DNA of 63,495 nt from NCBI GenBank assembly GCA_035604995.1, contig DATNHL010000287.1, forward strand, positions 1 to 63,495, read 5' to 3'. This document shows positions 38,803 to 48,254 of the stretch, piece by piece. Below the pieces are notes generated by a model, which worked only from the letters and a program-made list of their open reading frames with translations, was not told the DNA's origin and did no database searches. Made by a program: the position numbers and the translations under genes. Source of the DNA: Terracidiphilus sp. GTDB lineage: Bacteria > Acidobacteriota > Terriglobia > Terriglobales > Acidobacteriaceae. Each line of letters opens with the position of its first letter. Position 1 is the stretch's first letter.

Positions 38803-38956
38803 CTGGATTCAAGCCTAGCGCACCCGGCCTGCGCGTGCTGCGGTGCAGGTCCGGGGACCGGATGTGGAAAAAGCTCCTATCGCCCCTGCCCCCTCAATCC
38901 CCTACAATCGGAACCGCAAAGGAATTCGCAATCGCAACGCAAACGGGAGGGATTAA

Positions 38957-39778
38957 GTGAAAACGGCACTTCGGCAGCTCGCTTCGATGGGTATCGTCCT
39001 GGCTGGTCTGGCATTTCTGGCAGGCACAGTCCGCCTGGCCGCGCAGGAACCTGGCAACTTGCCGGAGACCGCGGCGCCCCCCGCGGCCAAGCCCGCCCCG
39101 CCAGCACTCTCGCCCAGCGGCCATCCGCTGAACGACTACTGGATCGCCCACGACAAGCAGCTATTGAACGACTTCGGCTGGCTGGCCCGGTTCAAGGAGG
39201 CAAACGTGAAGCTGGCGCCGCCCGCCCCAGGCGAAAACCGCGTGGTTTTCATGGGCGACTCGATCACCGAGGGCTGGCATCTGGCCGACTCCTTTCCCGG
39301 CAAGCCCTACATCAATCGCGGTATCAGCGGGCAGACGACCCCGCAGATGCTGGTCCGCTTCCGTCAGGATGTGATCGCCCTGCAACCCAAAGTGGTGGTC
39401 CTGCTGGCCGGCACCAACGACATTGCCGGCAACACCGGCCCCATGACCCTGGAAGAGACCGAAGACAACCTCGCCTCCATGGCCGAGCTGGCCTCAGCCA
39501 ACGGCATCAAAGTCATCCTCTGCTCCATCCTGCCCGCCTTCGACTATCCCTGGCAGCCCGGCCTCACCCCGGTGCCCAAGATCCTCGCCATCAACAACTG
39601 GCTGCGCGCCTACGCCGCCGAACACGGCCACGTGTATGTGGACTACCACACCGCCATGAAGGATGAGCGCGACGGGCTGCCGGAGAAGCTGAGCCATGAT
39701 GGCGTGCATCCGAATCCGGCCGGCTATGCGGTCATGGCGCCGCTGGCCGAGGCGGGGATTGAGAAGGCGCTGAAGTAG
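38957..39778 (+). CDS. SGNH/GDSL hydrolase, secreted
   Basis: Signal peptide, FMGDSIT, NRGISG, GTND, DGVHP. Confidence 0.93.
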   Translation: MKTALRQLASMGIVLAGLAFLAGTVRLAAQEPGNLPETAAPPAAKPAPPALSPSGHPLNDYWIAHDKQLLNDFGWLARFKEANVKLAPPAPGENRVVFMGDSITEGWHLADSFPGKPYINRGISGQTTPQMLVRFRQDVIALQPKVVVLLAGTNDIAGNTGPMTLEETEDNLASMAELASANGIKVILCSILPAFDYPWQPGLTPVPKILAINNWLRAYAAEHGHVYVDYHTAMKDERDGLPEKLSHDGVHPNPAGYAVMAPLAEAGIEKALK

Positions 39779-39780
39779 CC

Positions 39781-39890
39781 GGGAACAGGGATCAGGGAAC
39801 AGTTTCCGCGGGACTATCTGGCATCGATTGCTGACCTCAAACGCTGGAGGCGGAGAGGTTCTTCCTGGTCCCTGTTCCCTGATCCCTGCC
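39781..39890. repeat. Heptamer-built inverted-repeat element
   Basis: 17-bp IR cagggatcagggaacag (39786-39802)/ctgttccctgatccctg (39872-39888). Confidence 0.75.
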
Positions 39891-39896
39891 TTGGTA

Positions 39897-40069
39897 GTGG
39901 GTCGGCTTGAATTTCGGTCGGCTCCGCGTTCTTCAGGAACAGGCGCACGGCCCGTTCTCAGGGCAGGTAACCCTCCTTTTCGACACAGGTTGCCGGGTGC
40001 CCCGGTCACGTCCGCCGCGGCGGGAGACCTGGGAGGGCCAACCGTCGGAGCATGGAAAGGGGCACCCAC
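39897..40069 (+). ncRNA. Putative structured ncRNA (~173 nt; 6S-like size, family unassigned)
   Basis: Nested pairings gtgggt/acccac, gctccg/cggagc, ggccc/gggcc, tctcagg/cctggga, ggtaacc/ggttgcc; GU pairs favour + strand. Confidence 0.5.
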
Positions 40070-40189
40070 AAATCTCCTGGCGCGCGAGCGCCGTCTGCCC
40101 CACCGCAGGTGGTTGCGTACAATTACCCTTCTTTAGCGCACAATGGTCCATAGACGGCTGAAAAAGGCTGGATGAAGGGCGGAAAGGGG

Positions 40190-40278
40190 GGTACCCCCCC
40201 ATTTTCGTCCCAACCCCATGAAAACAAGCAGGTTACACCATTAACGTCCTTTTTCTCCTCTGAAAACAAAGGACTTAC
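40190..40278. repeat. Dispersed element with 42-bp-phased 18-bp motif (copy A)
   Basis: 47-bp block 46/47 identical to 62342-62388; motifs at 40219 and 40261. Confidence 0.85.
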
Positions 40279-40466
40279 GCGTTTTTGAGATTTTGAAAAC
40301 CTGCTCCCGAGCCCGGAAATCAGGCCCGAGGGCCATCCTTCCCATCGGTGAGGCAGGCCGCCAAATCGCAAACTGAGTCACTGCCCCTGCCTTCGGTCAA
40401 TTGCTAAACCGCCCAATTCCCCCTACAATGGAAGAGGAAGATTGCAGGAAAGGTCTGTCTCTAGAG

Positions 40467-40703
40467 ATGCCCAAGGAAAAGATTCATCCCAAATACGACG
40501 CAGTGCGGGTTATGTGCGCCTGCGGAAACCATTTTGAGACCCGTTCGACCCATAAGGGCGACATTCACGTGGAAATCTGCTCGGCTTGCCACCCGTTCTT
40601 TACCGGCAAACAGCGTCTGGTTGACACGGCGGGGCGCGTAGAGCGGTTCCGGCGCAAGTACGCCAAGGCGGGCGAGGCAACGGCAGCTACGGCAGCCAAA
40701 TAA
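40467..40703 (+). CDS. rpmE: 50S ribosomal protein L31 (Zn-binding type)
   Basis: [28 protein letters not shown]. Confidence 0.97.
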   Translation: MPKEKIHPKYDAVRVMCACGNHFETRSTHKGDIHVEICSACHPFFTGKQRLVDTAGRVERFRRKYAKAGEATAATAAK

Positions 40704-40735
40704 CCCGAGCCGATTCAGCCGGACGAGCACGATTG

Positions 40736-40762
40736 GACCTCCGCCGCGGCGGAGGTCTTATT
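40736..40762 (+). terminator. Terminator hairpin after rpmE
   Basis: Perfect palindrome gacctccgcc-gc-ggcggaggtc followed by ttatt. Confidence 0.6.
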
Positions 40763-40804
40763 GCGTTGATGTGTAATGGATTCAGTGCAGAAAGCAGAAC
40801 GACT

Positions 40805-41143
40805 ATGCCAAATGCGAAGCGCCCGATTCAATCCGCAATCACGATTGGCGGTACGCCGCTGATCTGGCATCTGCACCGCGAGCAACAATACACCACTGAA
40901 CACATGACAAAGGGCCTGGCGATTCATGTACGGGTTGTGGAGGGAGCGCACCGCGAGCTTTTTCTCGAATATCCGGTGGTACGAAGGCAACTGAAGGATT
41001 ACTCAATGGACAGGTTAAACGCGCGGCCAACCATCGCCGCCGCTAAAGTTGCCGCCCACATTCGAGAAGCGATGGCGGCAGGCTGGGATCCGGGCTCGCG
41101 TGGCAAGCCGTTTGTGTATCAAGTGTCCGAGTTGCCGAATTGA
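40805..41143 (+). CDS. Hypothetical protein
   Basis: Protein-like ORF between rpmE and dusB ending AMAAGWDPGSRGKPF. Confidence 0.7.
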   Translation: MPNAKRPIQSAITIGGTPLIWHLHREQQYTTEHMTKGLAIHVRVVEGAHRELFLEYPVVRRQLKDYSMDRLNARPTIAAAKVAAHIREAMAAGWDPGSRGKPFVYQVSELPN

Positions 41144-41160
41144 TCTGGAAGGCATAAATC

Positions 41161-42522
41161 ATGGCTGGCAAAGGTTTTACCGTGCGGAAGGAGTGGGACA
41201 ACCCCATCGACCACCCCATGCCCGCGGAAGCGCGGGTACCGGCGGAGGTTCGCCTGGGGCCGGTTGTAGTGGCTCCGGCTACTGTGCTGGCTCCCATGGC
41301 TGGGGTCACGGACACGGTCTTTCGACGGTTTATTCGGCATGCCAGCTTGTTTTCGGCGGGCGCGCAGGCTGAAGGAGCGGGTCTCACCGGCATTGGGACG
41401 CCCGAAAAGCCTACCTCGGGGGCTAAAGCCCCGGAAGTTTTTGCCGGATCAATGTACGGGCGGAAGCCCGTACCCTTCGACCCCTCAGACGACAGTCAGA
41501 CAGGGACTCTAATCGACTCCGCCGTCACCAACGCCCAGTCAGGCTGTGGCCTGCTGATGACCGAGTTCACCTCGGCGGACGGCCTGGCGCGCATGCGCGA
41601 GTCCAAGCGCCGCCGCTATCTCACCTTCTACGACGATGAGCACCCCATCGGTGCGCAACTGTTCGGCTCCAATGCGGAGACGCTCGCGGAGGCGGCGCGC
41701 ATCGTCGAGCAAACCGGCTTCGACCTCGTGGACCTGAACCTGGGCTGCCCGGCCAAGCGCGTGGTGGGCTGCAACGGAGGATCGGGCCTGCTCCGCGACC
41801 TGCCCAAAATCGCCGAAATCTTCCGCTCCGTGCGCAAGGCCGTCTCCATCCCCTTCACCGTCAAGTTCCGCATGGGCTGGAACGAGAAGCAGATTGTATG
41901 CGTGGAGCTGGCTAAAATGGCCGAGGCCGAAGGCCTGGCGGCCGTGGCGCTGCACGCGCGGACGCGCGAGCAAGGTTACAGCGGCCGGGCGCAATGGGAG
42001 TGGATCGCCGCAATCAAGCAGGCCGTCCGAATTCCAGTCATCGGCAACGGCGACATCCGCACCCCGGAGGACGCGGCGGCCATGGTGGCCGAGACCGGTT
42101 GCGACGCGGTGATGATCGGCCGCGCCGCGCCTGCCAACCCATGGATCTTCCGCCAGATCGCCCAATACACCGCCACGGGCACGTACGAGCGGCCCACCGT
42201 GGAAGACCGCTACCGCATGATTCGCGCCTATTTCCAGATGCTTCTCGACGAGCAGGAGGCCACCAGGGACCTGCCGCGCAGCGAGCGCATGGGCGAGACA
42301 GCCGGCAAGATGAAGCAGTTCGCCACCTGGTTCACTCACGGCGTGCCGGGTGGAGCAAAGCTGCGCGCGGCCATCTACCACGCCCGCACAGGCACTGAAG
42401 TGCTGGGCCAGGTGGAGCAGTTTTTTGCGGCGCGCCGTGCGGAGGGCTCGAGCGAGGCGCCCAGCCCGGAGCCCGAGGACGACACGCACGGGTTCCCTGA
42501 AGACGCGCTGGTTTGCGAGTGA
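41161..42522 (+). CDS. dusB: tRNA-dihydrouridine synthase (DusB family) with internal insertion
   Basis: LAPMAGVTD, QLFGS, DLNLGCP, VKFRMGW, HARTR, GNGDI, VMIGR. Confidence 0.92.
   Translation: MAGKGFTVRKEWDNPIDHPMPAEARVPAEVRLGPVVVAPATVLAPMAGVTDTVFRRFIRHASLFSAGAQAEGAGLTGIGTPEKPTSGAKAPEVFAGSMYGRKPVPFDPSDDSQTGTLIDSAVTNAQSGCGLLMTEFTSADGLARMRESKRRRYLTFYDDEHPIGAQLFGSNAETLAEAARIVEQTGFDLVDLNLGCPAKRVVGCNGGSGLLRDLPKIAEIFRSVRKAVSIPFTVKFRMGWNEKQIVCVELAKMAEAEGLAAVALHARTREQGYSGRAQWEWIAAIKQAVRIPVIGNGDIRTPEDAAAMVAETGCDAVMIGRAAPANPWIFRQIAQYTATGTYERPTVEDRYRMIRAYFQMLLDEQEATRDLPRSERMGETAGKMKQFATWFTHGVPGGAKLRAAIYHARTGTEVLGQVEQFFAARRAEGSSEAPSPEPEDDTHGFPEDALVCE
41404..41478. repeat. REP-like palindrome doublet inside dusB coding sequence
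   Basis: Hairpins ggggc-taaa-gcccc and gtacgggc-ggaa-gcccgtac; read as 25 in-frame codons. Confidence 0.7.
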
Positions 42523-42638
42523 GAGAGTCCTGAAGCCACTCCTTTTGTCGCACCCGTGTCGCCGCCGAAGTTGCGCATCGCGAGTATTCCAGAGCGAACC
42601 GGGTATATAGTGAACTCATTCCCCCAGAAGGGTTCGCA

Positions 42639-45548
42639 GTGCATAGGACGGCGCTGAAGCTGAGCAGCATCTTGAAGACCTGGATGTGCGGTCTGGCCGC
42701 CCTGGGGCTTGCCGCATGCGCATGCCTGGGCCAACAGTTCAGCTTTCGCACCATGACCGAGGGGCTGGGCAACCTGAACGTCAACTGCATTGCGCAGGAC
42801 CAGTCCGGCTACCTGTGGGTGGGCACGGAAAACGGCCTCTACCGCTACGACGGGCGGGAGTTCCGGCAGTTTGGCGCGGCCGACGGCCTCCGAGGCCACG
42901 TCATCCAGAGCCTGTTCGCCGGCCCGGATGGGACCCTGTTTGTGGGCACCCCCACCGGCATCTACCTTGGTCAGGATGCTCGATTCAGCCAGGTGCATCC
43001 GCCGGCTCCGGTAACAGACTTCTCGCAGAGGATCGGCACAGTCTTCGCGGCTCTTGCGCCGGGCCAGGTCGTGACGGCGGATCGCACCGGCGCATTCCTG
43101 CTGCGCCGCATGGGCGCGGGCAACTGGGCTGCCGAGCCCCTGCATCTGGAGGGCGCGACGATCTGGAGCGTGCTGGCCGCGCCGCAGGGCGTGCTCTGGT
43201 ACGGCTGCGATGCCGATCTGTGCCGGCTTGAGAACGGCAAAACCACCCACCTGCGCGCCGCGCTCAACCTTCCTGAAGATCGCTGGCTTCATCTGCGCCT
43301 GGCCCGCGACGGCCACGTCTGGATGCGCGGCTCCACGTACCTGGGCGAAGTCATCCCGGCTGAGAACCGCTTTGAGGCGCACCCGCTTCCCGGCCTCTCC
43401 AACAGCACGCCCAACGCGGAACTGACCGAGGACGCAAAAGGACGGATTGTCGCTTCGCAGGGGCCTGCCCTGGGACTGTGGGAAAACGGAAATTGGCGCA
43501 TGGTGACGGCCATCAACGGCCTCTCCCGCTACGACATTTCAGAGCTGTTTGTGGACCGCGAGGGTTCGCTCTGGATCGGGGTTGTCGGCCACGGCCTGAT
43601 GCGGTGGGTGGGGCAGGACCAGTGGGAAGCTTACACCGCGGCCAGCGGATTGAGCGACGATATTATCCGGGCCTCGCTGCGCGACCGCACCGGCCGCCTC
43701 TGGATCGGCACCGAATTCGGGCTCGATACTCTTGCTCCCGGCGCAAACACCCCCAAGGCCTGGCAGGCGCCAGGCATCCAGACGACCCGCTCTGCCTCGC
43801 TGGCCGAAACCGCGGACGGCGCGGTCTGGATGGGTTCGGCGGCCGGCAGCCTGGTACGCATCGCCCCCAAAACCCTGGCTGGAACCCAATGGAAGGTCCC
43901 GGTGGTTTTTCGCGTCCTGGGCGATGGCGGCCATCGTGTGTGGGTAGCCACCGATGTCGGCCTCTACGTGGCGGATGCCATGGCCGCAGACCACTCTCCG
44001 CGCCTGGTCGAAGACCCGCGCCTTGCCCCGCAGCGGCAGCGCTTCACCGACCTTGCCCTGGATCAGAGAAATCGGCTGTGGGCTGCAACCGACACAGGGC
44101 TCTACCGGCTCGATGATTCCGGCTGGCACGCAATCGATCCCGGACTTTCCGGCGTGACCCCTTACCAGATCGCCGCCGACACAAGCGGAAACTTGTGGGC
44201 ATCCGGAGCTTTTCCCGGCGTGATGCGCCTGCGCATTGCCGGCGACCGGGTCGTCGAGTCGGAGCACGTTGTCCGCCCGCACCTGCTCTCCGAGCAGGCG
44301 GTCTCGCTTCTGGTCGACCATCGCGGCTGGTTGTGGGTGGGCCAGGACGCCGGGTTGACCGTCTACGATGGCCGCGCCTGGCGCAGCTTTACCCAGGACG
44401 ACGGGCTCATCTGGAACGACGCCAACAGCTATGCGCTGGCCGAGGATCGGGACGGCAGCATGTGGATCGGCACCTCCGGAGGCCTGTCTCACTTCATCCA
44501 GCCGCAAGCGGTTGCCTCAACGCCGCCGGCGGCTCCCGTGCTGTCCCAAATCACTTTTGGCGCGGAGTCCATCGCCGCCCAGGCCCGGGTTCCCTGGAGC
44601 GCCAGTCCACTTGCCATCACGATCTCTTCCCTCAACTATCGGGATGCTAGCCATGTGCGCATCCGCTACCGCCTGCTGGGGGTAGAGTCGGACTGGGTGG
44701 AAACGGCGGAGCGCAGCGTGCGCTACCCTCGCCTGGAGCCCGGAGCTTACCGCTTTCAGGCCGTCGTCGTGGATGAAGCCGGCGGCGCGGATTCCCCGGT
44801 GGAAGAAATCTCTTTTGTCATTACTCCGCGCTGGTGGCAGAGCGGACCGCTGCGGCTGGCATTGATCCTGGCCCTGGCGCTGGGCGTGGTGCTGGCGTGG
44901 CGCTGGAGCGTCCATCTGCTGGTCAGCCAGAAGCGGTACCTGGAACACGCCGTCAAGCACCGGACCGAAGATCTGGAACGGGAAAAGAACGAACTGCTCC
45001 GCGCGCGTGAACAGATGCGTCACTTTGCCGAGCACGACGATCTCACCGGCCTGTGGAATCACCGCATTATCCTCGAGCGTCTTCATCAGGAGGTGGACCG
45101 CTCGCGCCGCGAGGCTGTGCCACTAAGTGTGATCCTGGCAGATCTCGATCATTTCAAGAACGTGAACGACACCTATGGCCATCCGGCGGGCGACCTGGTC
45201 CTGAAGCGTGTCGGCGCAATCTTCCAGCGCTCCGTGCGCTCCTACGACTGGGTGGGCCGTTACGGCGGCGAAGAGTTCCTGCTCATTCTTCCCGGCTCCG
45301 GCTTTGCCGGCGCGCGCGTTCGCGCCGAGGAACTGCGCCTCGCGGTGCAGGCAGCCTGCGTCGATGACGGCGAGACAGTCATCCCCATCACCGCCAGCTT
45401 CGGCGTGGCGTCCGGCTTTCCATCCGACTACGAGGCGCTGATCCATGCCGCCGACGCCGCCTTGTATCGCGCCAAGAACAACGGCCGCAACTGCGTCATC
45501 GCCACGGAGATCCAGCCTGCGGCGAGTGCGGAAGAAGCAAAGGGATAG
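42639..45548 (+). CDS. Diguanylate cyclase with periplasmic two-component-regulator beta-propeller
   Basis: Repeated DxxGxLWVGT blades, Y_Y_Y-like domain, TM, DLDHFKNVND, RSYD I-site, GGEEF; start uncertain. Confidence 0.93.
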   Translation: MHRTALKLSSILKTWMCGLAALGLAACACLGQQFSFRTMTEGLGNLNVNCIAQDQSGYLWVGTENGLYRYDGREFRQFGAADGLRGHVIQSLFAGPDGTLFVGTPTGIYLGQDARFSQVHPPAPVTDFSQRIGTVFAALAPGQVVTADRTGAFLLRRMGAGNWAAEPLHLEGATIWSVLAAPQGVLWYGCDADLCRLENGKTTHLRAALNLPEDRWLHLRLARDGHVWMRGSTYLGEVIPAENRFEAHPLPGLSNSTPNAELTEDAKGRIVASQGPALGLWENGNWRMVTAINGLSRYDISELFVDREGSLWIGVVGHGLMRWVGQDQWEAYTAASGLSDDIIRASLRDRTGRLWIGTEFGLDTLAPGANTPKAWQAPGIQTTRSASLAETADGAVWMGSAAGSLVRIAPKTLAGTQWKVPVVFRVLGDGGHRVWVATDVGLYVADAMAADHSPRLVEDPRLAPQRQRFTDLALDQRNRLWAATDTGLYRLDDSGWHAIDPGLSGVTPYQIAADTSGNLWASGAFPGVMRLRIAGDRVVESEHVVRPHLLSEQAVSLLVDHRGWLWVGQDAGLTVYDGRAWRSFTQDDGLIWNDANSYALAEDRDGSMWIGTSGGLSHFIQPQAVASTPPAAPVLSQITFGAESIAAQARVPWSASPLAITISSLNYRDASHVRIRYRLLGVESDWVETAERSVRYPRLEPGAYRFQAVVVDEAGGADSPVEEISFVITPRWWQSGPLRLALILALALGVVLAWRWSVHLLVSQKRYLEHAVKHRTEDLEREKNELLRAREQMRHFAEHDDLTGLWNHRIILERLHQEVDRSRREAVPLSVILADLDHFKNVNDTYGHPAGDLVLKRVGAIFQRSVRSYDWVGRYGGEEFLLILPGSGFAGARVRAEELRLAVQAACVDDGETVIPITASFGVASGFPSDYEALIHAADAALYRAKNNGRNCVIATEIQPAASAEEAKG

Positions 45549-45553
45549 GACGG

Positions 45554-46897
45554 CTATGGAATCGCCAGCGGCAGCCGTATCGTAGCCCGTGCCCCGTCGC
45601 CGTCCTCACGGTTCAGCAAGCCGATCTCGCCGCCGTGGGCGCGGGCGATCTGCTGGGCCAGCGCCAGCCCCACGCCGCTCCCCGCGGGCTTGGTGGTGTA
45701 GAAGGGGACAAACAGATTCTCGGTGTTGGCAATGCCCATGCCGCGGTCTTCAATGGTGACCAGCAGCACCGCCTGATCGACCCGCCAGAAAGCGCGCACC
45801 GGCTGAGCGCCGTTGGCCAGCGAGGCGTCCGCCGCGTTGCGCAGCAGGTTGATGAACATCTGCTCCAACTGATCCGGATCGGCGTCGAGCACCACCGGCG
45901 GACCCGCCTCAAGCACGACCGGCAACCGCTGTTCCAGCAGCACCACGCGCTCCAGCAGCGGCCCCAACGCTACCGGCTTAAACTGCGGCGGAGGCAGCTG
46001 CGCCAGCAGCCGGTACGACTGCACAAACCGGTGCAGCGCATCGGCGCGGCTCTCCACTACGCCCAGGCCGCGGCGAAAATCGCGCAGCGTGGCGTCTTCG
46101 CCCTGCATGTTGTCCACCCGCGCCAGCAGACTGCCGGCGATGGACTTGATGGGCGCCAGCGAGTTCGAAAGCTCGTGGCCGAGCACGCGAATCAGCCGCT
46201 TCCAGGCGATCTGCTCCTCTTCCTGCAACGGCAGGCTCACGTCGGCCAGCAGCAGCAGCGTGTGCGGCACGCCATCCTGGCGAAAGACGGCCCGGCGCAG
46301 CAGCCAGCGCGTCGGCTTTCCGCCGAACGAGTGGATGCTCTGGTCCGGCGCCGCCAGCAGTTCCTCCAGGCACAGTTCGCGGGCCGTGCGGCCGAAACAG
46401 CGGGCATGGGTCAGGCCCAGCAGCTTCACGCCGGCATTGTTCACGAGTTGCAGAAGCTTCTCGCGATCGAAGGCAAACAGAGGCGCATGCATCACCTCGA
46501 GAATGCGTGCCAGCAGGGCCGTTGCTTCCAGCGAACGCACGCGCTGCTTCTGCAGCAGGTCGGCCAGCAGGTTCACCTCAGCGGCCAGTTCACCGAATGC
46601 GTCCTGGGTGCCGGCGCCGCGCGCGCGGAACGAGTAGTCGCCCTCGCGCAGCGACGAAACCACATTGGAGAGCGTTTGCAGCGGCCGGACCAGCCCCTCA
46701 ATCAGCGCCGCGGCCACCACGGCCATGTAAATCAACAGGCAGCCGATCAGCAGCAGCGCCGGCGCCATCGAGATCGCCTTCTCGTAAAGAAATACTGCGG
46801 CAAAGATCAGCGCGGGTAGCGTCAGCAGCAGACTATAAAGCCACGCCCGGCGGACAGCCGAGCGTTGCCGCCGGCGTTGAATCCTCTCAGAGGCCAT
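45554..46897 (-). CDS. Sensor histidine kinase (NtrY-like)
   Basis: TMs, LGHELSNSLAPI, INLLRNA, DRGMG, FYTTK, GSGVGL. Confidence 0.92.
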   Translation of the reverse strand: MASERIQRRRQRSAVRRAWLYSLLLTLPALIFAAVFLYEKAISMAPALLLIGCLLIYMAVVAAALIEGLVRPLQTLSNVVSSLREGDYSFRARGAGTQDAFGELAAEVNLLADLLQKQRVRSLEATALLARILEVMHAPLFAFDREKLLQLVNNAGVKLLGLTHARCFGRTARELCLEELLAAPDQSIHSFGGKPTRWLLRRAVFRQDGVPHTLLLLADVSLPLQEEEQIAWKRLIRVLGHELSNSLAPIKSIAGSLLARVDNMQGEDATLRDFRRGLGVVESRADALHRFVQSYRLLAQLPPPQFKPVALGPLLERVVLLEQRLPVVLEAGPPVVLDADPDQLEQMFINLLRNAADASLANGAQPVRAFWRVDQAVLLVTIEDRGMGIANTENLFVPFYTTKPAGSGVGLALAQQIARAHGGEIGLLNREDGDGARATIRLPLAIP

Positions 46898-48254
46898 ACT
46901 TTTCAATGCGGCGATACAGCGCGGCGCGGCTCAGCCCCAGCGACTCCGCGGCCTGGGAGATGTTGCCGTCGCAGCGGCGCAGCACCTTGCGGATGAGCAG
47001 CGCTTCCACGTCGTCGATGCTCATGTTCTCAAACGACTGAGGAGCCGACCTGGCCGCCGCAATGGCCAGGTTGGCGGGCTCGATCTCCTCGCCGCGGCAC
47101 AGCAGCACAGCTCGTTCCACCGTATGCTCGAGTTCGCGCACGTTGCCCGGCCACGGATAGTGCATCATCTGCTGCATGGCCGCGGCCGAGAAGCCGCTCA
47201 CCTGCTTGCGGTACCGCGTACGGCTGCGGTTCAGAAAGTGCGCGGCCAGCAGCGGGATGTCCTCGCGCCGGTCGCGCAGCGCGGGCAGATGAATCTCAAC
47301 CGTGTTGATGCGGAACAGCAGGTCTTCGCGGAAGTTGCCCGCCTTGGCCTCCTCGTGCAGCAGGGCGTTGGTGGCGGAAAGTATGCGCACATCCACGCGC
47401 CGCGTCTGCGAAGAACCCACACGCTCCAGTTCGCCCGTCTCCAGCACGCGCAGCAGCTTGCCCTGCTGCCGCAGCGGCACGTTGGCAATCTCGTCCAGAA
47501 ACAGCGTCCCCCCGTTGGCCAGTTCGAAACGCCCGATGCGGTCGGTGCGCGCGTCGGTGAACGCGCCCTTCACGTGGCCGAAGATTTCGCTTTCGAAGGT
47601 CCCTTCGGGCAGCCCGCCTGCGTTCACGGCCACCAGCGCCATCCTCGAACGCGGCGAAGCCGCGTGCAGCAGCTTGGCGACGATCTCCTTCCCGGTTCCG
47701 TGCTCGCCGGTGATGAGCACGTTGGCGTCCGATGGCCCCACTTGCGCAATCAGTTCCAGCACCGGCTGCATCGACGGCGCGCCGGCCACAAACTCCGGCA
47801 TGCCCTCGGCGCGCAGTAGGCGATTCTCCAGTTCCAGCTGCCGTGCGCGGCGCAGCGCCGAGTGCAGTTCTGCATGCACGCGGATCAGCGAGATCAGCCG
47901 CTCGTTCTCCCACGGCTTCTGGATAAAGTCGCGCGCCCCGCGCTTGATCGATTCCACCGCCAGGTCGATGTTGCCCCACGCGGTCATCACGATCACCGGC
48001 AGCCGCGCATCGTACTCCTGAATGCGCGCCAGCAGGTCCAGCCCCTCCTGGCCAGAGGTTGTGTCGCGCGTGTAATTCAGGTCGATCAGCAGCACATCGT
48101 AGTCGCTCTGACCCAGCGCTTCCATCAGCAGTTGCGGCGACCGCACGCAATCCACCGCCATCCCCTGCGGAGCCAGCAGCAGCTCGACCGCTTCCAGAAT
48201 GTGCGGTTGGTCGTCGGCAACCAGGACACGAGTTCGTTCTTGCTTACTTGGAAT
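46887..48254 (-). CDS. Sigma54-dependent response regulator (NtrC family); probable ATT start
   Basis: REC (RVLVADD upstream of first ATG), GEHGTGKE, GAFTDA, LFLDEI, WPGNVREL, Fis-type HTH; SD ggagg 6 nt before ATT 48254. Confidence 0.9.
   Translation of the reverse strand: MPSKQERTRVLVADDQPHILEAVELLLAPQGMAVDCVRSPQLLMEALGQSDYDVLLIDLNYTRDTTSGQEGLDLLARIQEYDARLPVIVMTAWGNIDLAVESIKRGARDFIQKPWENERLISLIRVHAELHSALRRARQLELENRLLRAEGMPEFVAGAPSMQPVLELIAQVGPSDANVLITGEHGTGKEIVAKLLHAASPRSRMALVAVNAGGLPEGTFESEIFGHVKGAFTDARTDRIGRFELANGGTLFLDEIANVPLRQQGKLLRVLETGELERVGSSQTRRVDVRILSATNALLHEEAKAGNFREDLLFRINTVEIHLPALRDRREDIPLLAAHFLNRSRTRYRKQVSGFSAAAMQQMMHYPWPGNVRELEHTVERAVLLCRGEEIEPANLAIAAARSAPQSFENMSIDDVEALLIRKVLRRCDGNISQAAESLGLSRAALYRRIEKYGL

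Noticed and set aside
40000-40040. Cobalamin riboswitch suggested by gggagacctg
   Set aside because: The other conserved B12-element segments are absent and there is no suitable downstream gene
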